From positions 7,681 to 71,680 of the IMG/VR virus record IMGVR_UViG_3300031566_000019: 64,000 bases of DNA; one strand, given 5' to 3'. Position 1 is the first letter of the stretch; each line of letters opens with the position of its first letter. This document shows positions 16,501 to 27,500 of this stretch, piece by piece. Both the position numbers and the translations under genes were made by a program. Source of the stretch: a virus. The notes under the pieces were generated by a model. It worked only from the letters and a program-made list of their open reading frames with translations, searched no databases and was not told the DNA's origin.

Positions 16501-16803
16501 TTACCGCGAGGCTGGGTACTCATCGAAGAAGTGGTCGCCCACGGCGTCGAAAAGCACTTCGTGGATGTCTTCTTGGTCCCCTGAAAGGCTAATGTCGAGG
16601 ATCTCACCGACACCGTTGCTGTCCTTGTCGCTGATCTCGATTTTGAAGACGGCTTCGGTCCAGTACTCGGTCAAGAACGCACGTAAAGCAGGCTCGTATT
16701 CCTCGAAGTCGATCCCGGCTTGTTTGAGCTGATTCGGGGCGATACGGATCGTGGCGCCTTTGAGGACGGCCTCACTCGTCTCACCTTCGTTCATCTGCAC
16801 CAT
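16501..16803 (-). CDS. hypothetical acidic protein (~100 aa)
   Basis: GGAGG lies 8 nt before ATG 16803 (MVQMNEG), so this start is preferred over 16875. Confidence 0.65.
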   Translation of the reverse strand: MVQMNEGETSEAVLKGATIRIAPNQLKQAGIDFEEYEPALRAFLTEYWTEAVFKIEISDKDSNGVGEILDISLSGDQEDIHEVLFDAVGDHFFDEYPASR

Positions 16804-16909
16804 CTGCGGGACCTCCGTGTGCGCCTGCACAGGACATCCTACCAAGAGGGTTAGAAGGGGAATCAGGGTCGTCATATAGCATGTACGGGCGTCTGTTCCT
16901 TTTTACATG

Positions 16910-16937
16910 AAAAAGCCCGACCAGATGGCCGGGCTTT
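16910..16937 (-). terminator. rho-independent terminator ending the structural/lysis transcript
   Basis: Minus strand reads AAA-GCCCGGCC-ATCT-GGTCGGGC-TTTTT: an 8-bp stem with one G:U pair followed by a U-tract, ~30 nt after the stop at 16967. Confidence 0.85.
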
Positions 16938-16966
16938 GCGCGCTTTGCGCGGGTAAGGGTTGTCGG

Positions 16967-17587
16967 CTAACTGCCGGTGTCTTCGGCCGGGGCTTCCTTT
17001 TTGCCCCCCATGACATGCTTGAAGAGCATCTCCCACAGGCCGACCGCAGCCGCACCAGTGGCGAAACCGCCAAGCACTGCATCCGAAATGGCGACACCGT
17101 CGACCATCAGGGCAGCAGCCACGTAGCCGGCCATGCTTGTGCCAGCCGCGACCCACGGCACCACCTTGGGTCCGAGCTTGTCCTTGAGGCCGAACTTGTT
17201 GGCGAAAAAGACCAGGAGCATCAAAGCGAAGGCAGCCGCGAGGCTCCATTGTCCGCCTTTCGCGGCATCGACAAGGGACTTGACCACAGACATGGCCTCC
17301 TCATCGCTGCTGATCTCAGCTTTGGCATCAGCCTTTTCATCGGCCTTGGCGTCAGTTCCGTCGGTGCCCGATTCCTCCGGGGAGGTCTCCTTGGCATCGT
17401 CAGTCTTGGCGTCGTCGGCCTTGGCTTCGTCCGTTTTGACATCATCTGCTTTGACCTCATCGGCCTTCGCGTCGTCTGCCTTTTCATCGGTCGCAGCCGC
17501 ATCCTCCGTGGGAGGTTGGGCCATCGCCGGGCTCGTGAGCATGAAGGCTGCGAGGAAAGCCAGCAGCACCATCATTCGGTTCTTCAT
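16967..17587 (-). CDS. holin-like membrane protein with a signal peptide and acidic linker
   Basis: Sec-type signal (MKNRMMVLLAFLAAFMLTSPAMA), a DDAKADE-type low-complexity spacer and three hydrophobic segments ending GFATGAAAVGLWE; last gene of the structural block; GGAG RBS. Confidence 0.55.
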   Translation of the reverse strand: MKNRMMVLLAFLAAFMLTSPAMAQPPTEDAAATDEKADDAKADEVKADDVKTDEAKADDAKTDDAKETSPEESGTDGTDAKADEKADAKAEISSDEEAMSVVKSLVDAAKGGQWSLAAAFALMLLVFFANKFGLKDKLGPKVVPWVAAGTSMAGYVAAALMVDGVAISDAVLGGFATGAAAVGLWEMLFKHVMGGKKEAPAEDTGS

Positions 17588-17967
17588 GATTGTTCTCCTT
17601 GATTGTGATTCAGAATCGCTTTCACGACCTGAGCCTTGGTGTCTCCCGGCCCGACCTCAAGGTCGTGCTGGAGGGAGTAGAGGTAAAGGGTAGTGTGAGG
17701 GATAGCCGCGAGCGTGTCGTGAGTCGCGCCCTCGAGGTCAAGTACGATCGGTGCACGAGCCCCCCCTTGGAGGGAGCCAGGCGCCGGCGGATCGTCCGGG
17801 TCGTACACTTTGGGTTGGCCGATGCCATTCAGTTCGCGCTCGACCACTCTCCGCATGTCCGAGGAGATCCCCGGGGACGCAAGAGTTCGATGAAGCTTTC
17901 GCCGCAGCCTTTTGAGGTGCGGTCGACGGACTTCCATCGAAATCATCTGCTGCGAAAAATGCTTCAT
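17584..17967 (-). CDS. hypothetical protein with a possible C-terminal Rho-N/HeH-like motif
   Basis: C-terminus TLYLYSLQHDLEVGPGDTKAQVVKAIL; ATGA overlap with the downstream gene. Confidence 0.6.
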   Translation of the reverse strand: MKHFSQQMISMEVRRPHLKRLRRKLHRTLASPGISSDMRRVVERELNGIGQPKVYDPDDPPAPGSLQGGARAPIVLDLEGATHDTLAAIPHTTLYLYSLQHDLEVGPGDTKAQVVKAILNHNQGEQS

Positions 17968-17977
17968 GAGCTACCCG

Positions 17978-20900
17978 TTAGGACTGCGGGTCGGTTTGAT
18001 TGCGACCGGGGAACGGGGCCATCGGCACCGTCTCAGGATCATCCGTCGTGCGTGTACGTCCCACGAACATGGGCTTACCGTTGATGCGGTAACGATCAGA
18101 GGCTGCGTAGCCTTCGCCGAAACCGGTTGGGCTGATAATGCCGCCGATGGTGATGCCCGTGTCCTTCTGCGACGGACGCTCGTTGCCGATGACACCCTGC
18201 GTCAGGATGACCATCTGAATCTCATCACCGTCCGTGGTGATGTCGTCCGTCGAGAACGCCTCCTCCACGAAGTTACGGATGAGAAGCGCCTTGCAAGCAA
18301 GCATGCCTCCCTTGAGCACCGGCTCGAGTGCGGGTGCGAAGGAATCCGAGAACCAGTCCACAGGACCACCCGGGTTACGGCCACCGAGCACGAAGGCTGA
18401 GCCACCACCACGGAACAAACGGAACCTCTTGCTGCCGCCCGGATTCGTGTCCGAGAACGCGGTGTACTGGAGAATCGCACCGTCTGCTTGAGCGATGAGT
18501 TCTCCGGGTGCGCCGGCGAACCGAGTGAACTCCTCACCTGCCGAAGCAGTGAGAGGAAGCAAGCTCTGCACGGGTCGGATGCCACCGAAGAACGTGTTCA
18601 CTGCGGACGAGTTGTCCCCGAGCGGGTTCTCTCCGATGAAGTCCGAGTCTTGGAGCAGGATGCCAAGTGGCAAACGCTCCGTCATGCCTGTCAGGCTGAG
18701 CTGCGTCGTGCCGTTGCCGGCATTGAGGCGCAAGTCATCCCCACCGATCAGGTTCGTGGTGGTGAGCTGGGCATTGAGCCCTTGCTCGCCAGTGGTGGGC
18801 ACCTTGAGCAGGAAGTTCGTGAGGTCGTTGACCTGAACCTTCACGTTGTTGCCGGCGGCTCCGACCTCAAACGCCACGATTTCGATTTGCGGCGAGTCGA
18901 TGTCGTTGAAAGCCACCACGACGCTCTGGAGTTCAGTGCGTGCATTGATCTTCGTCCACAACTCTCGAGCAATCACAGCCGGGTCGGGCGAGCTCGCATC
19001 GAACTCGTCCGCATTCAACGTGGCTCCGTTGACCGCTGTGAACACGTACGGCGTCCCATCGGGCACGAAAACGGTCGTGGCCGACGTGAGGAAGTTGAAC
19101 GTCGAGTTGTCTCCGATGATCTCGAGGACCGCGGAGGCACGGTTCGTGTTGGTCTGTGCCTGGCCTTCGGTGAAGGCTCGCGTCAGAATGCGCCACGCCG
19201 GAGTGTTGATCGCCGGTGGGATACGGTTCGATGCGATCACCGCATCGTTCGTGTACCCCACGTCGGTCGGGGTGCCTGGGAACAGGCGACCGCCCATGTT
19301 GCCGGTGCCCATGGTCGTGTAGAAATCGACGGCTGCGAGCACTTGGTACGAACGACCGTTCGGACGTTGCGGGATCTGGTTGCCATCCGAGTCAAACTGC
19401 TGAATCGGCTGAGCGAGCCCAAAGGCGTCCGACTGTGCCACCTGCCCATAACGGTTCTCATAGTCAGAGACCGTACGGACTTCCCCGGCACGAGACATGT
19501 AGGGGTCACCCTGGTACACGGTGCGCTCGTATGCGACGTAGAGGCGCTGCGAGTCAGGAGCCGCGGCCGGGATACACATGACGGCACCCGAGAGCTCGGG
19601 GTTGCCGTTGTCGGACCGCAGAGTTCCTTGGCCGTTGTGACGCCGAGCCATCACGTAGTTGTTCTCGTTGATAAACCCATTGCCGAACCCGAAAGCCGTG
19701 AACTCAAGAACGTACTCGAGCTGCTCAGGCAGCTCTCCGCTAGCGAAGTTCGGGCTCTTCGTGATGTCGATGGCGTTGAACGGGATGATGTACGTGTGGT
19801 CACCCGAGACCCCCGTGAGGTCCATCGCACCGTCTTGGCAGATGAACAGGGTCTGCTTGTCCGCATCCCGACGCAACAGATTGACGGTTGGATTGGCCTC
19901 TGGGGTCACGCGGTCGCCTTGGTAGGTCGCGCCACCCTTGGCCACGAAATCACGACGGTCGTAGACGCCGACGAGACGGGAGATGCCCAAGTATGGAGGC
20001 AGCATGATGCCCTTGAGCCCTGCCCCGAAGTCCGAGCTAACCGTGTTGTTGAGCTTCTGCGTAATCTCGGCAGCCTCGGCGCACCCGGTCCCGATATCGG
20101 TCGTGAGGCGTCCTTGGTAGCCGGGCTTGAGCGTACCGGTGATGGTAGCGAACTGGGCGTAGTCCAGGCCTGAGGTTGCACCCGTCTGCGCGTACAGGTA
20201 GGTCACCTGCGCGCCGCCGGTCATGTTGTCTTCACCACCGATGATGTTGAACACGGGGTTCGACACATCAGTCACGTCGCAGAACAAGTGGTTGAGGCCC
20301 TCGAGGAAGTTGCCCGAACCGAACACAGGACCGTTGTCCTGGTAGTACGGGATATCCTGTCGGCCAAACCGCGGCATGTACTGGTGTGGCACCGGGTAGC
20401 CCATGCGCAGACCAGTCGTGAAGATCTGTGCGTCGTCCTTCGGTCCCGTGAAGCCTCCAAGAATGAGTGCCGGGGACGGGTACTGCGTGTCGTTCAATGG
20501 GTTGGTGACCCACGGAGCCCCGAGCAAGGTCGGAGTGTTGAACGGCGCGATGGTCGAGGGGTTCGGCAAGATCGTGACGCCCTTGAAGGTCATCGCCTTG
20601 CGCTGGAACGGCCGGAACAGAAGGGTCTTCGATCCGTTGTCGAAGAAACTCTCGTTCTCACGATCGATCTCCGAGCTCAGCACCACATTGCCGCCGTAGT
20701 TTGGAGCGTTGGGAGCCCACTCACCAAGACTCGGCAAACGGTTCCACGTTTGGATGTGCGTGGGGCAGAAATCGACCTCAGCCGGGTTGCCCGGTGCTCC
20801 CGTTTCAGTCGGGAAGTTCGGATCAAGCACGGCCTTGCTCTGACGCATGATCGCACTGTTCGGGGTCTGCACCGCGATGCGATTGATCTGGTCAGGCACA

Positions 20901-23665
20901 CGAGCCATGCCACCGCGTCCAGGGTGGTACATCAACGTGACATTCAGGATCGCCTTGAAATCGAAGGGGGTCGTGAGTGTGCGTCCGGCCTTGGCGCCCG
21001 GGTTGATGTTGTCCACGTTCCAAGGGTTGCTAGCGCCCCCCTGTGCGGCCCGCAGGTCCGTCATGGTGATCGTCATGGCAGCAGGGCCACCTGCCGATCC
21101 GTTGCCGTCCTCCGCGTTGGTGATCTGCGATCGCAGCTCAGCCGTGACGGTCTTCGTCGTCGTGTTGTTGAAATCCACGATCCCTTGCGAGATGAACTTG
21201 ACGCGAATACGATTGGACTGGCTTGCCGGATTGGTCGTAAGACCCCCGTTGGCCGTCGTGGTTCCCGCACCGATGACCTTGAACGCACCGTTGTTCTCGG
21301 TCTTCTCATCATCACCGAACAGGATCAGGTACACCTCGGACGAGTTGCCCGTGATGTCCTTCCCGCCGTTGGTGAGCATGGACCACAAAGTTCGCTGACG
21401 ACGAAGCACCGGCTGCGTCAAAGCGTTTGGGTTGTTCTCGAAGGCCCCGTTGGAGTCCGCGCTCCACCAGTCGCCATCCACATCGAAATCGATGCCTGGC
21501 AGTACGATCTCACCCTCACCAAGCGGGATAGTGCCACCCGAAAGGAAGTTGCCCTCAAGCTGCGTGGCGCCGGTGATGCCCGTGATGACCGACGAGCTGT
21601 TGAGCACGCCGCCACACACGAGAAACGGCTTCTCGAAGTCGAGGGACTGGAGCGGGTACATCGGTCCGGGATGCTCGTCCTCCGTTTCGCCGGGCCCCGC
21701 GGGGGACAGCGCTTGGAGTCCTGCACCAGGCCCCGCCACGACGGCGTTGGCCTGATCGGAGCTCACCCACAACATGCTCACCGGGTTTTGCATCCCGGTG
21801 TTGGCGGTGGGGAAACGCGTCTTCCAGTATTCAAGCGGACTGACGAAACGAACGGCTCGAGTGCTCCCATCACGGAAGGTCTTGCGGGCGCCGTTGGTCC
21901 CATCATCACCACCGATGTAGAGAAAGACCGTCGTGCCGTCAGTGAACCCGGGAGTCGCGTTGTTCTGATTGTTCATGAACGCAGCAGGCTTGAAATCAGC
22001 CCCCACGTCCCAATCGACAAGGTCATCGAGTGTCTGAATGAACCCGGCGTTGATGGTGCCGTCCGGGTTGAGCAACATCGTCACGTCGCCTTGAATGGCG
22101 GCCGCGTCGGACCACACCTGACGGATCCCATCAGGCCCATCGATACCCTCGGTGCCCACGGGAACCGCAGTGCCTCCGTCTTGAAGCAAGTAATCGATTT
22201 CAGTGACTGTCACTCCCTCGGTGTCGCCACCAGGGGCGCCAGCTTGCTTCCACGTCGATCGCAGACGGTTACGGACCACGGCTGCGACGTTGTGCAGCAA
22301 GATGCGGGTGTAGTCCCAGTCCCCGATGTTGCACCCACGGCGCAGGTCGAGGACATCTTCTTGAGACACTTCGTCCGCGAACTTGCCGTCGGGACGGGTG
22401 TTGAAGAACTGAATGGGACTTCCCGATCCGGGATCGCCGCCCGAATTGCGGCCAACGTGGTTGAGGATGTCCGAGCCCCAACGTCCACGACCATTGGCGG
22501 GGACCGTAATGGTCGCCGGGCTCGCAGTGGTATCCACAGCCGAGATCCCAATGACCTCGTCATCGATGACCATGAAGGCCTTCGTGAGGTCCATGCTCGA
22601 GTCGTCCCATCCCGAGCCAATCAGGTTGTCAACCTCGATGAGGGTAGCCACCGTGAACTGTTCAGGGGCCAAGTCATTGATCAACGACATCGTGGTGAGC
22701 GCCGTGGCTCCGTCACGAGGATCGGGCAAGGTGGCTGCCGAAGGGTTACGATCGAAAGCGCCGTTCTGATTGGGTGCCCCCGACAAATTGGCGGCCACGT
22801 AAGGCTGGTTGTTGCGCCGAAAAAGAGCGCAGACCGGAATGGCGTACGAATAGCCGTCTACGGTTCCCAAAGTGTTCTGCGCGTCGCCGTTGCCAGCACG
22901 CCACAAGGAGGGGTCTCCAAGGGCATCACGCATGTTTTCGTAAATGAAGGAGGTGACCGCGCTCGCGGTGCCCTGAGCGAACACGTTGGGGTCCCCAAGA
23001 CCATCGGGGTAGACTTGAAGGTCAGGACTCGAACCCGCGCCCGAGCCACTTCCGACCACGCGAAGACGGTATTGGAGCTGCACGCGTTCGGTGGTCTCAT
23101 GACCGATGGTGGGGTCCGTGATGTCGTCAACGATGTTGGTTCCACCGAACTCGACGTTGCCGTACTTCCAGACCTTGTCGGATGCCGGTTTGTTGGCGGT
23201 GCTCGGATTCGGAGCGACCGAGGCCATCCACACCTCAAGAAACACGAAATCAATGCGCGTGTCACTCTCGGGAGGGGGGTACAGGCGCACTTCGTTGGAG
23301 GTCGATCCCGCAAGGGTGAGTTCAGTACCCGTGACCGGGACAATCCAACCATTGACGTTGGCGTACAGGACAGGGGCGAGTTCCTCGGGGTTCCCATCCG
23401 AGTCGTTCTTCTGCTGACCAAGTCGGAAAAAGTTCGACCAAGAAGACTCAGTCACGTAGTCCGCAAGCGCACGCGTGGGGTCGAGGAAGAACCCTGAATG
23501 AGCCTCAGCACGCACGAGTTGAGCGAGCTGCTCAACTTGATTCTGCTGCACCAGGTTCACTTCGCTGTCGAGCGGAGGCTTACCTTCCTGAAAAACGACA
23601 GCTTGAAACTGACGTGCGAATGCGCTGAGAGTACGAGAAACGCCATTACCGAAATCTTGTGCCAT
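17978..23665 (-). CDS. large virion/baseplate-associated protein, DUF6519/DUF4815-like N-terminus (1,895 aa)
   Basis: VVFQEGKPPLDSEVN, RIDFVFLEVW, ETTERVQLQYRLR, GTVDGYSYAIP and RPDGKFADEV..DVLDLRR; paralog of 31320-34745. Confidence 0.75.
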   Translation of the reverse strand: MAQDFGNGVSRTLSAFARQFQAVVFQEGKPPLDSEVNLVQQNQVEQLAQLVRAEAHSGFFLDPTRALADYVTESSWSNFFRLGQQKNDSDGNPEELAPVLYANVNGWIVPVTGTELTLAGSTSNEVRLYPPPESDTRIDFVFLEVWMASVAPNPSTANKPASDKVWKYGNVEFGGTNIVDDITDPTIGHETTERVQLQYRLRVVGSGSGAGSSPDLQVYPDGLGDPNVFAQGTASAVTSFIYENMRDALGDPSLWRAGNGDAQNTLGTVDGYSYAIPVCALFRRNNQPYVAANLSGAPNQNGAFDRNPSAATLPDPRDGATALTTMSLINDLAPEQFTVATLIEVDNLIGSGWDDSSMDLTKAFMVIDDEVIGISAVDTTASPATITVPANGRGRWGSDILNHVGRNSGGDPGSGSPIQFFNTRPDGKFADEVSQEDVLDLRRGCNIGDWDYTRILLHNVAAVVRNRLRSTWKQAGAPGGDTEGVTVTEIDYLLQDGGTAVPVGTEGIDGPDGIRQVWSDAAAIQGDVTMLLNPDGTINAGFIQTLDDLVDWDVGADFKPAAFMNNQNNATPGFTDGTTVFLYIGGDDGTNGARKTFRDGSTRAVRFVSPLEYWKTRFPTANTGMQNPVSMLWVSSDQANAVVAGPGAGLQALSPAGPGETEDEHPGPMYPLQSLDFEKPFLVCGGVLNSSSVITGITGATQLEGNFLSGGTIPLGEGEIVLPGIDFDVDGDWWSADSNGAFENNPNALTQPVLRRQRTLWSMLTNGGKDITGNSSEVYLILFGDDEKTENNGAFKVIGAGTTTANGGLTTNPASQSNRIRVKFISQGIVDFNNTTTKTVTAELRSQITNAEDGNGSAGGPAAMTITMTDLRAAQGGASNPWNVDNINPGAKAGRTLTTPFDFKAILNVTLMYHPGRGGMARVPDQINRIAVQTPNSAIMRQSKAVLDPNFPTETGAPGNPAEVDFCPTHIQTWNRLPSLGEWAPNAPNYGGNVVLSSEIDRENESFFDNGSKTLLFRPFQRKAMTFKGVTILPNPSTIAPFNTPTLLGAPWVTNPLNDTQYPSPALILGGFTGPKDDAQIFTTGLRMGYPVPHQYMPRFGRQDIPYYQDNGPVFGSGNFLEGLNHLFCDVTDVSNPVFNIIGGEDNMTGGAQVTYLYAQTGATSGLDYAQFATITGTLKPGYQGRLTTDIGTGCAEAAEITQKLNNTVSSDFGAGLKGIMLPPYLGISRLVGVYDRRDFVAKGGATYQGDRVTPEANPTVNLLRRDADKQTLFICQDGAMDLTGVSGDHTYIIPFNAIDITKSPNFASGELPEQLEYVLEFTAFGFGNGFINENNYVMARRHNGQGTLRSDNGNPELSGAVMCIPAAAPDSQRLYVAYERTVYQGDPYMSRAGEVRTVSDYENRYGQVAQSDAFGLAQPIQQFDSDGNQIPQRPNGRSYQVLAAVDFYTTMGTGNMGGRLFPGTPTDVGYTNDAVIASNRIPPAINTPAWRILTRAFTEGQAQTNTNRASAVLEIIGDNSTFNFLTSATTVFVPDGTPYVFTAVNGATLNADEFDASSPDPAVIARELWTKINARTELQSVVVAFNDIDSPQIEIVAFEVGAAGNNVKVQVNDLTNFLLKVPTTGEQGLNAQLTTTNLIGGDDLRLNAGNGTTQLSLTGMTERLPLGILLQDSDFIGENPLGDNSSAVNTFFGGIRPVQSLLPLTASAGEEFTRFAGAPGELIAQADGAILQYTAFSDTNPGGSKRFRLFRGGGSAFVLGGRNPGGPVDWFSDSFAPALEPVLKGGMLACKALLIRNFVEEAFSTDDITTDGDEIQMVILTQGVIGNERPSQKDTGITIGGIISPTGFGEGYAASDRYRINGKPMFVGRTRTTDDPETVPMAPFPGRNQTDPQS

Positions 23666-23678
23666 AGCTCAAAGTCCT

Positions 23679-24467
23679 TCAGAAGAGCAGCCCGTAGTGG
23701 GCGATGTATCTCTTCGAGAGTGAGTTCGTGTTCTTGAAGGCCAAGCGGATCAGCGTGGCGGGGTTACAGAAGGCGATGGGCACCAAGCGTTCCACAGGGA
23801 AGAAGTTCGCTCCGTCGTTGACCGAGATGAAAACCTCAAAATCAGTCGGCTCTTGGTCAAGTTCAAGAGCCTGCCGAATCGCAGGAGAGTTCTGACCAGC
23901 GAAGAACCCGAAGTCCGTGTTCACATCCGTGGTCGTGTCAAACTCGTAGATGTACCAGTAGACGACGAACTCAGTCGCGCCGACTCCACCGGTCAGGGGC
24001 CCGACATCAATGGTGTCGGTGACGATGACACCAGGGCGCTCGAGGCCAAACCCAGGTGCATCGTTTTGCGGCAAAACTGCCACGGAGTTGGGGGCGTTGC
24101 CGAACGGCAACGGGCCCGCCGTTCCGCGCCCGAACTGGAATCGTGAAATGTGGGTTGCCGTGACCGGCGCACCCTCGCTCAGGACCCCTGCGGGATCGAG
24201 ATCGTCGATGTCGCCCCCCTCGATGAGGGGGTTGAACAGGATGTTCTCGTACTGAGGGAACTGAACGAGCAACCCCGCGAAGTTCCGAGCCACGACCGAA
24301 TTCGGGTCGGAACTCGGTAAAACGAAGCTGTCGGACTCCACGGCCACCTTCACGCCCTCCGCGATGGGGACCATGTACTGGCCATTCCGAGACACAGAGA
24401 CCCCGTTTGGGGGGTTCTTCTCGACTTGGAGAATCTCGTCTCCGACGAGTGTGGCTACGATGCGCAT
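23679..24467 (-). CDS. putative virion structural protein
   Basis: 262-aa acidic beta-rich ORF within the structural block. Confidence 0.7.
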   Translation of the reverse strand: MRIVATLVGDEILQVEKNPPNGVSVSRNGQYMVPIAEGVKVAVESDSFVLPSSDPNSVVARNFAGLLVQFPQYENILFNPLIEGGDIDDLDPAGVLSEGAPVTATHISRFQFGRGTAGPLPFGNAPNSVAVLPQNDAPGFGLERPGVIVTDTIDVGPLTGGVGATEFVVYWYIYEFDTTTDVNTDFGFFAGQNSPAIRQALELDQEPTDFEVFISVNDGANFFPVERLVPIAFCNPATLIRLAFKNTNSLSKRYIAHYGLLF

Positions 24468-24475
24468 CGTACGTC

Positions 24476-24498
24476 TCTAAGGGGGGCAGTCCTATAAA
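24476..24498 (-). promoter_or_regulatory. candidate late promoter YYTAT-N14-TAGR
   Basis: TTTAT-AGGACTGCCCCCCT-TAGA in a 42-bp intergenic gap; the same spacing occurs at 43394 and 49588. Confidence 0.55.
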
Positions 24499-24509
24499 CG
24501 GAAAATGGA

Positions 24510-27500
24510 CTACGGAAGCGGGGGTAGATCGTCAATATCGGAGTCCAAGATGATCTTCATGGAGAAGATACTCAGGTCCATGCCAAAGGGCGTTCCAGGA
24601 GTTTCTCGAATTGCCGCCGCCGTAAAAAGGCCCCTGCCGTTGGAGACCGGCAATTGGTCTGCATGCGACACCGTGATGGAGTCGATCAGGTTCTTCTCAC
24701 CGTCGTAGACCCCCATTTTCACGATCTGCGAGTCGAGGTCGTTGAGTGCGATCCGGTTCGTCTCGATCACGAAGTAGTAAGGCCCCTGGAAAATGAAAGG
24801 ACCCGTACTCGCACTTGTCCCCACCACAGGAAGAATGTTGTCTGGGTTCGTCGCTCCTCGTGTCCAGTACCTCCACGTACCCGCGGCTGCGAGATCGAAT
24901 TGAAACCCGATGACACTGAACGATGGGGCCAACACCGCCGGATCAGGAACGACACCAACCGTGGGAGTAATCCCTCCCCCGCCGCTTTCATCTTGAACGA
25001 AACCGATGAACCCTTTCGCCGTGGTGACCGGGTTACGGATCAGAATGCCCGCTTTGGCAACGAACCTGAGATTGTTGACCGTGGTAACGGAGCCCCTACC
25101 GGGAGGGGTCGCGTTATCCTGCGTGATGATCCCCGCAAAGCTTACAGCCTCAACCGACCGAATCTGGATGGCCATGCTCGGCCCTCGGTTGGTCCCGACC
25201 CCTAAAGGCCCCGGGATCGAGTGATCGTACAAGAAACCAGGGTTGGTACCGCCCGAATGGCCAACATCGGCTTGGTAGGCGAGGCCCTTGTAGATCCCGT
25301 CTTCTGCGAAATACAACAAGCCGGTCGAAGTAGGCACAGGGTTGGTGATGGTGTCGGCAGGAACCCGGAGCTTCGAGGGTTGAATGTGCCCCGTGGTCCT
25401 GTCGAGCTGCGCCGCAAGATCTGGGCGCGGACGGATGGAAATAGACCCATCGATTTCGGGAAGCACCTTTGCACGCTCGAAACGAAGAGTCTGCGCTCGA
25501 GCCTCACTGCCGTACGTCGTGTCTCCGGCATAAAAATCCGTCACGGCCGGCAGCGAGAGGGTCTCCGTTCCGAAGAACACTTCACGCCGCAAAACGACGC
25601 CCCGAGTCTGCTCGCCCGCGTACAACGAGGGATCTGGATTGAAGGCCGTCGGGAATGCACTGAGCCCCAACAACGCTGTCCTCGGAGCCGCCCCTGAGAC
25701 AACCGTGCGTGTCGAGGTGTAGCCCCAACGACCCAACGACTGCGAAGTGTCGGAACCCGTAGTGATCACGATGACCCCGGTCTCAGGACCATCCCAGAGC
25801 CGATCCAAAATGATGGCGTTATCGCCTCCCGCATCTGCCGAAGGCCCGATGAACGGAGCGGTCACCGTGAAGGTGGTGGCGCCTGCGAAAGTGGAATCGA
25901 GCATGATCTTGGCGAAGACCTCTTCGCCGTACAGATCAGCATCGCGAAGACCAGCTCCTCGATTGGCGGTGACACGCGCTCCCGTCCCGAGCTGGGACTC
26001 CTCCATCGAGTAGGGCACGCAAGCCCCAAACAACACGACCTCTCCACGAGGGTTGTTGCCCGTGATGCCTTGGATGCCGTTGGGGATGACATCCGAAGGT
26101 GCCAGAGGAATATCGCCTCGGGACGTGGGCGGAGGGAGGCTCAAACGCACGATCCCCGATGAGTAGTCGACCTCGAGGAACTGCTTCTCCGTTGTGATGG
26201 AACCATCGATCACGAGCTCGCGGCCCATAATCGGCCGATCGAAATCGGGGATGGCTTGCGTGGCGTCGTTCGGGTCTTCTATTGCCGGGAACAGCACCAT
26301 GCGGAACCCAAGGTCCATCAAGTTGCCCGGGTTAGCCGCCTCAGGAAGACCGACACCGAAGAAACGACGCGTATCAAAGATCGCTTTGTCAGGGCGTCCG
26401 GCCGAAGATCCTCCGGGAGGTGGTGGCCCTCCCCCAATCGAGAGAGGATCTGACAACTGCTTCTCGAACCGCTCAACCCAGTTCGGGTTGATGAGGTTTT
26501 TGAGCCGCGCGGACTCAACCTTGTCGATGCGGAAAGCGTTGTACCAGAGTGCTTCAACCGGTTCGTGTAGCGTGAAGCCCACCGCCACATTCGGGCCGTG
26601 GATGGTGGCTTCCCAGGGTCCCGGACCCCAGTAGGTGAGGCCCGTTTGCGGATCTGTTTCAGGCACTCGAGCCAAGACCACGGTGTCGGGGCCCACGGTC
26701 GTACCCACCACGTCGAACCATCCCAAACAGTTCGGGATGCTGCCCAACGTAAGGTCGGGGAGGTCATCAGCTCGTGCAGTCGCATTGATGCGAATGATCG
26801 GAAACCGCGACGAGAACAGAGGAGGTTCGGAGTAAATGGTTGAGTCCGAAACCGTCAGCGTCCAGTTGCCCACCAAAGCCGACGGCGCAAAAGCCGTTGC
26901 CTCGACGTTGGCGATAGCTTCTCGGACTGGGATCGGAATGGGCAGGCGCACGGAGCCGCCATACGCCGTCGGCTCGCCCCCGATGGGGCTACCGAAAGGA
27001 GCTCGGGCGTTGGTGAAGCCACCGCCGATCCAGGTGCCGTCTCCGCTTCCGGGACCTGCGGCGCTGTCGTAGGGTGGGAAGTTGTCGTTGCCAGCCGCCT
27101 GCTCTGGCGAGACGGTCACAAAGACCTGCTCGCGGCCCGACGTGCTCACACCATCGTTGCCCCCCGGCGCCCCGGACTGCGGAATGGCAGCCAGCCGTGT
27201 CACGTAGGGCTTGATGACCGTGATCGCCCGAATCGCCCGAGCCCCTGCAATCGGCAAGTCGAAGAAGTTGGCGAACGATTTGTTCGGATGGATCTCGATG
27301 GTGAAATCCGTGATCGCCGAAATGCGGAAGACCTCGTAACGCGCCGTGTCCGTGAAGTTGGAGAGCGCCCCCATCGGCACCTGGCCTCCAACCGTGTCCA
27401 ACGAGCCAGGGTTCGCCCCATCGTCCGTGACGATCAGGTAGAGACCCCCGTTGGGCTCAGCCGCGTCACCGATGGTCCACGGCGTCGCCGGCACCGCGGT

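Noticed and set aside
16804-16875. Apparent lipoprotein signal (LLTLLVGC) on the 16501-16875 ORF
   Set aside because: A strong GGAGG before ATG 16803 and a TAGGAT box inside this stretch indicate it is probably untranslated.
20288-23497. Long plus-strand ORFs (1,069 aa here; also 18488-20173, 29814-31574, 33072-34715, 7645-9015)
   Set aside because: They are antisense shadows of minus-strand genes, expected from GC-rich codon bias, and show no recognisable motifs.
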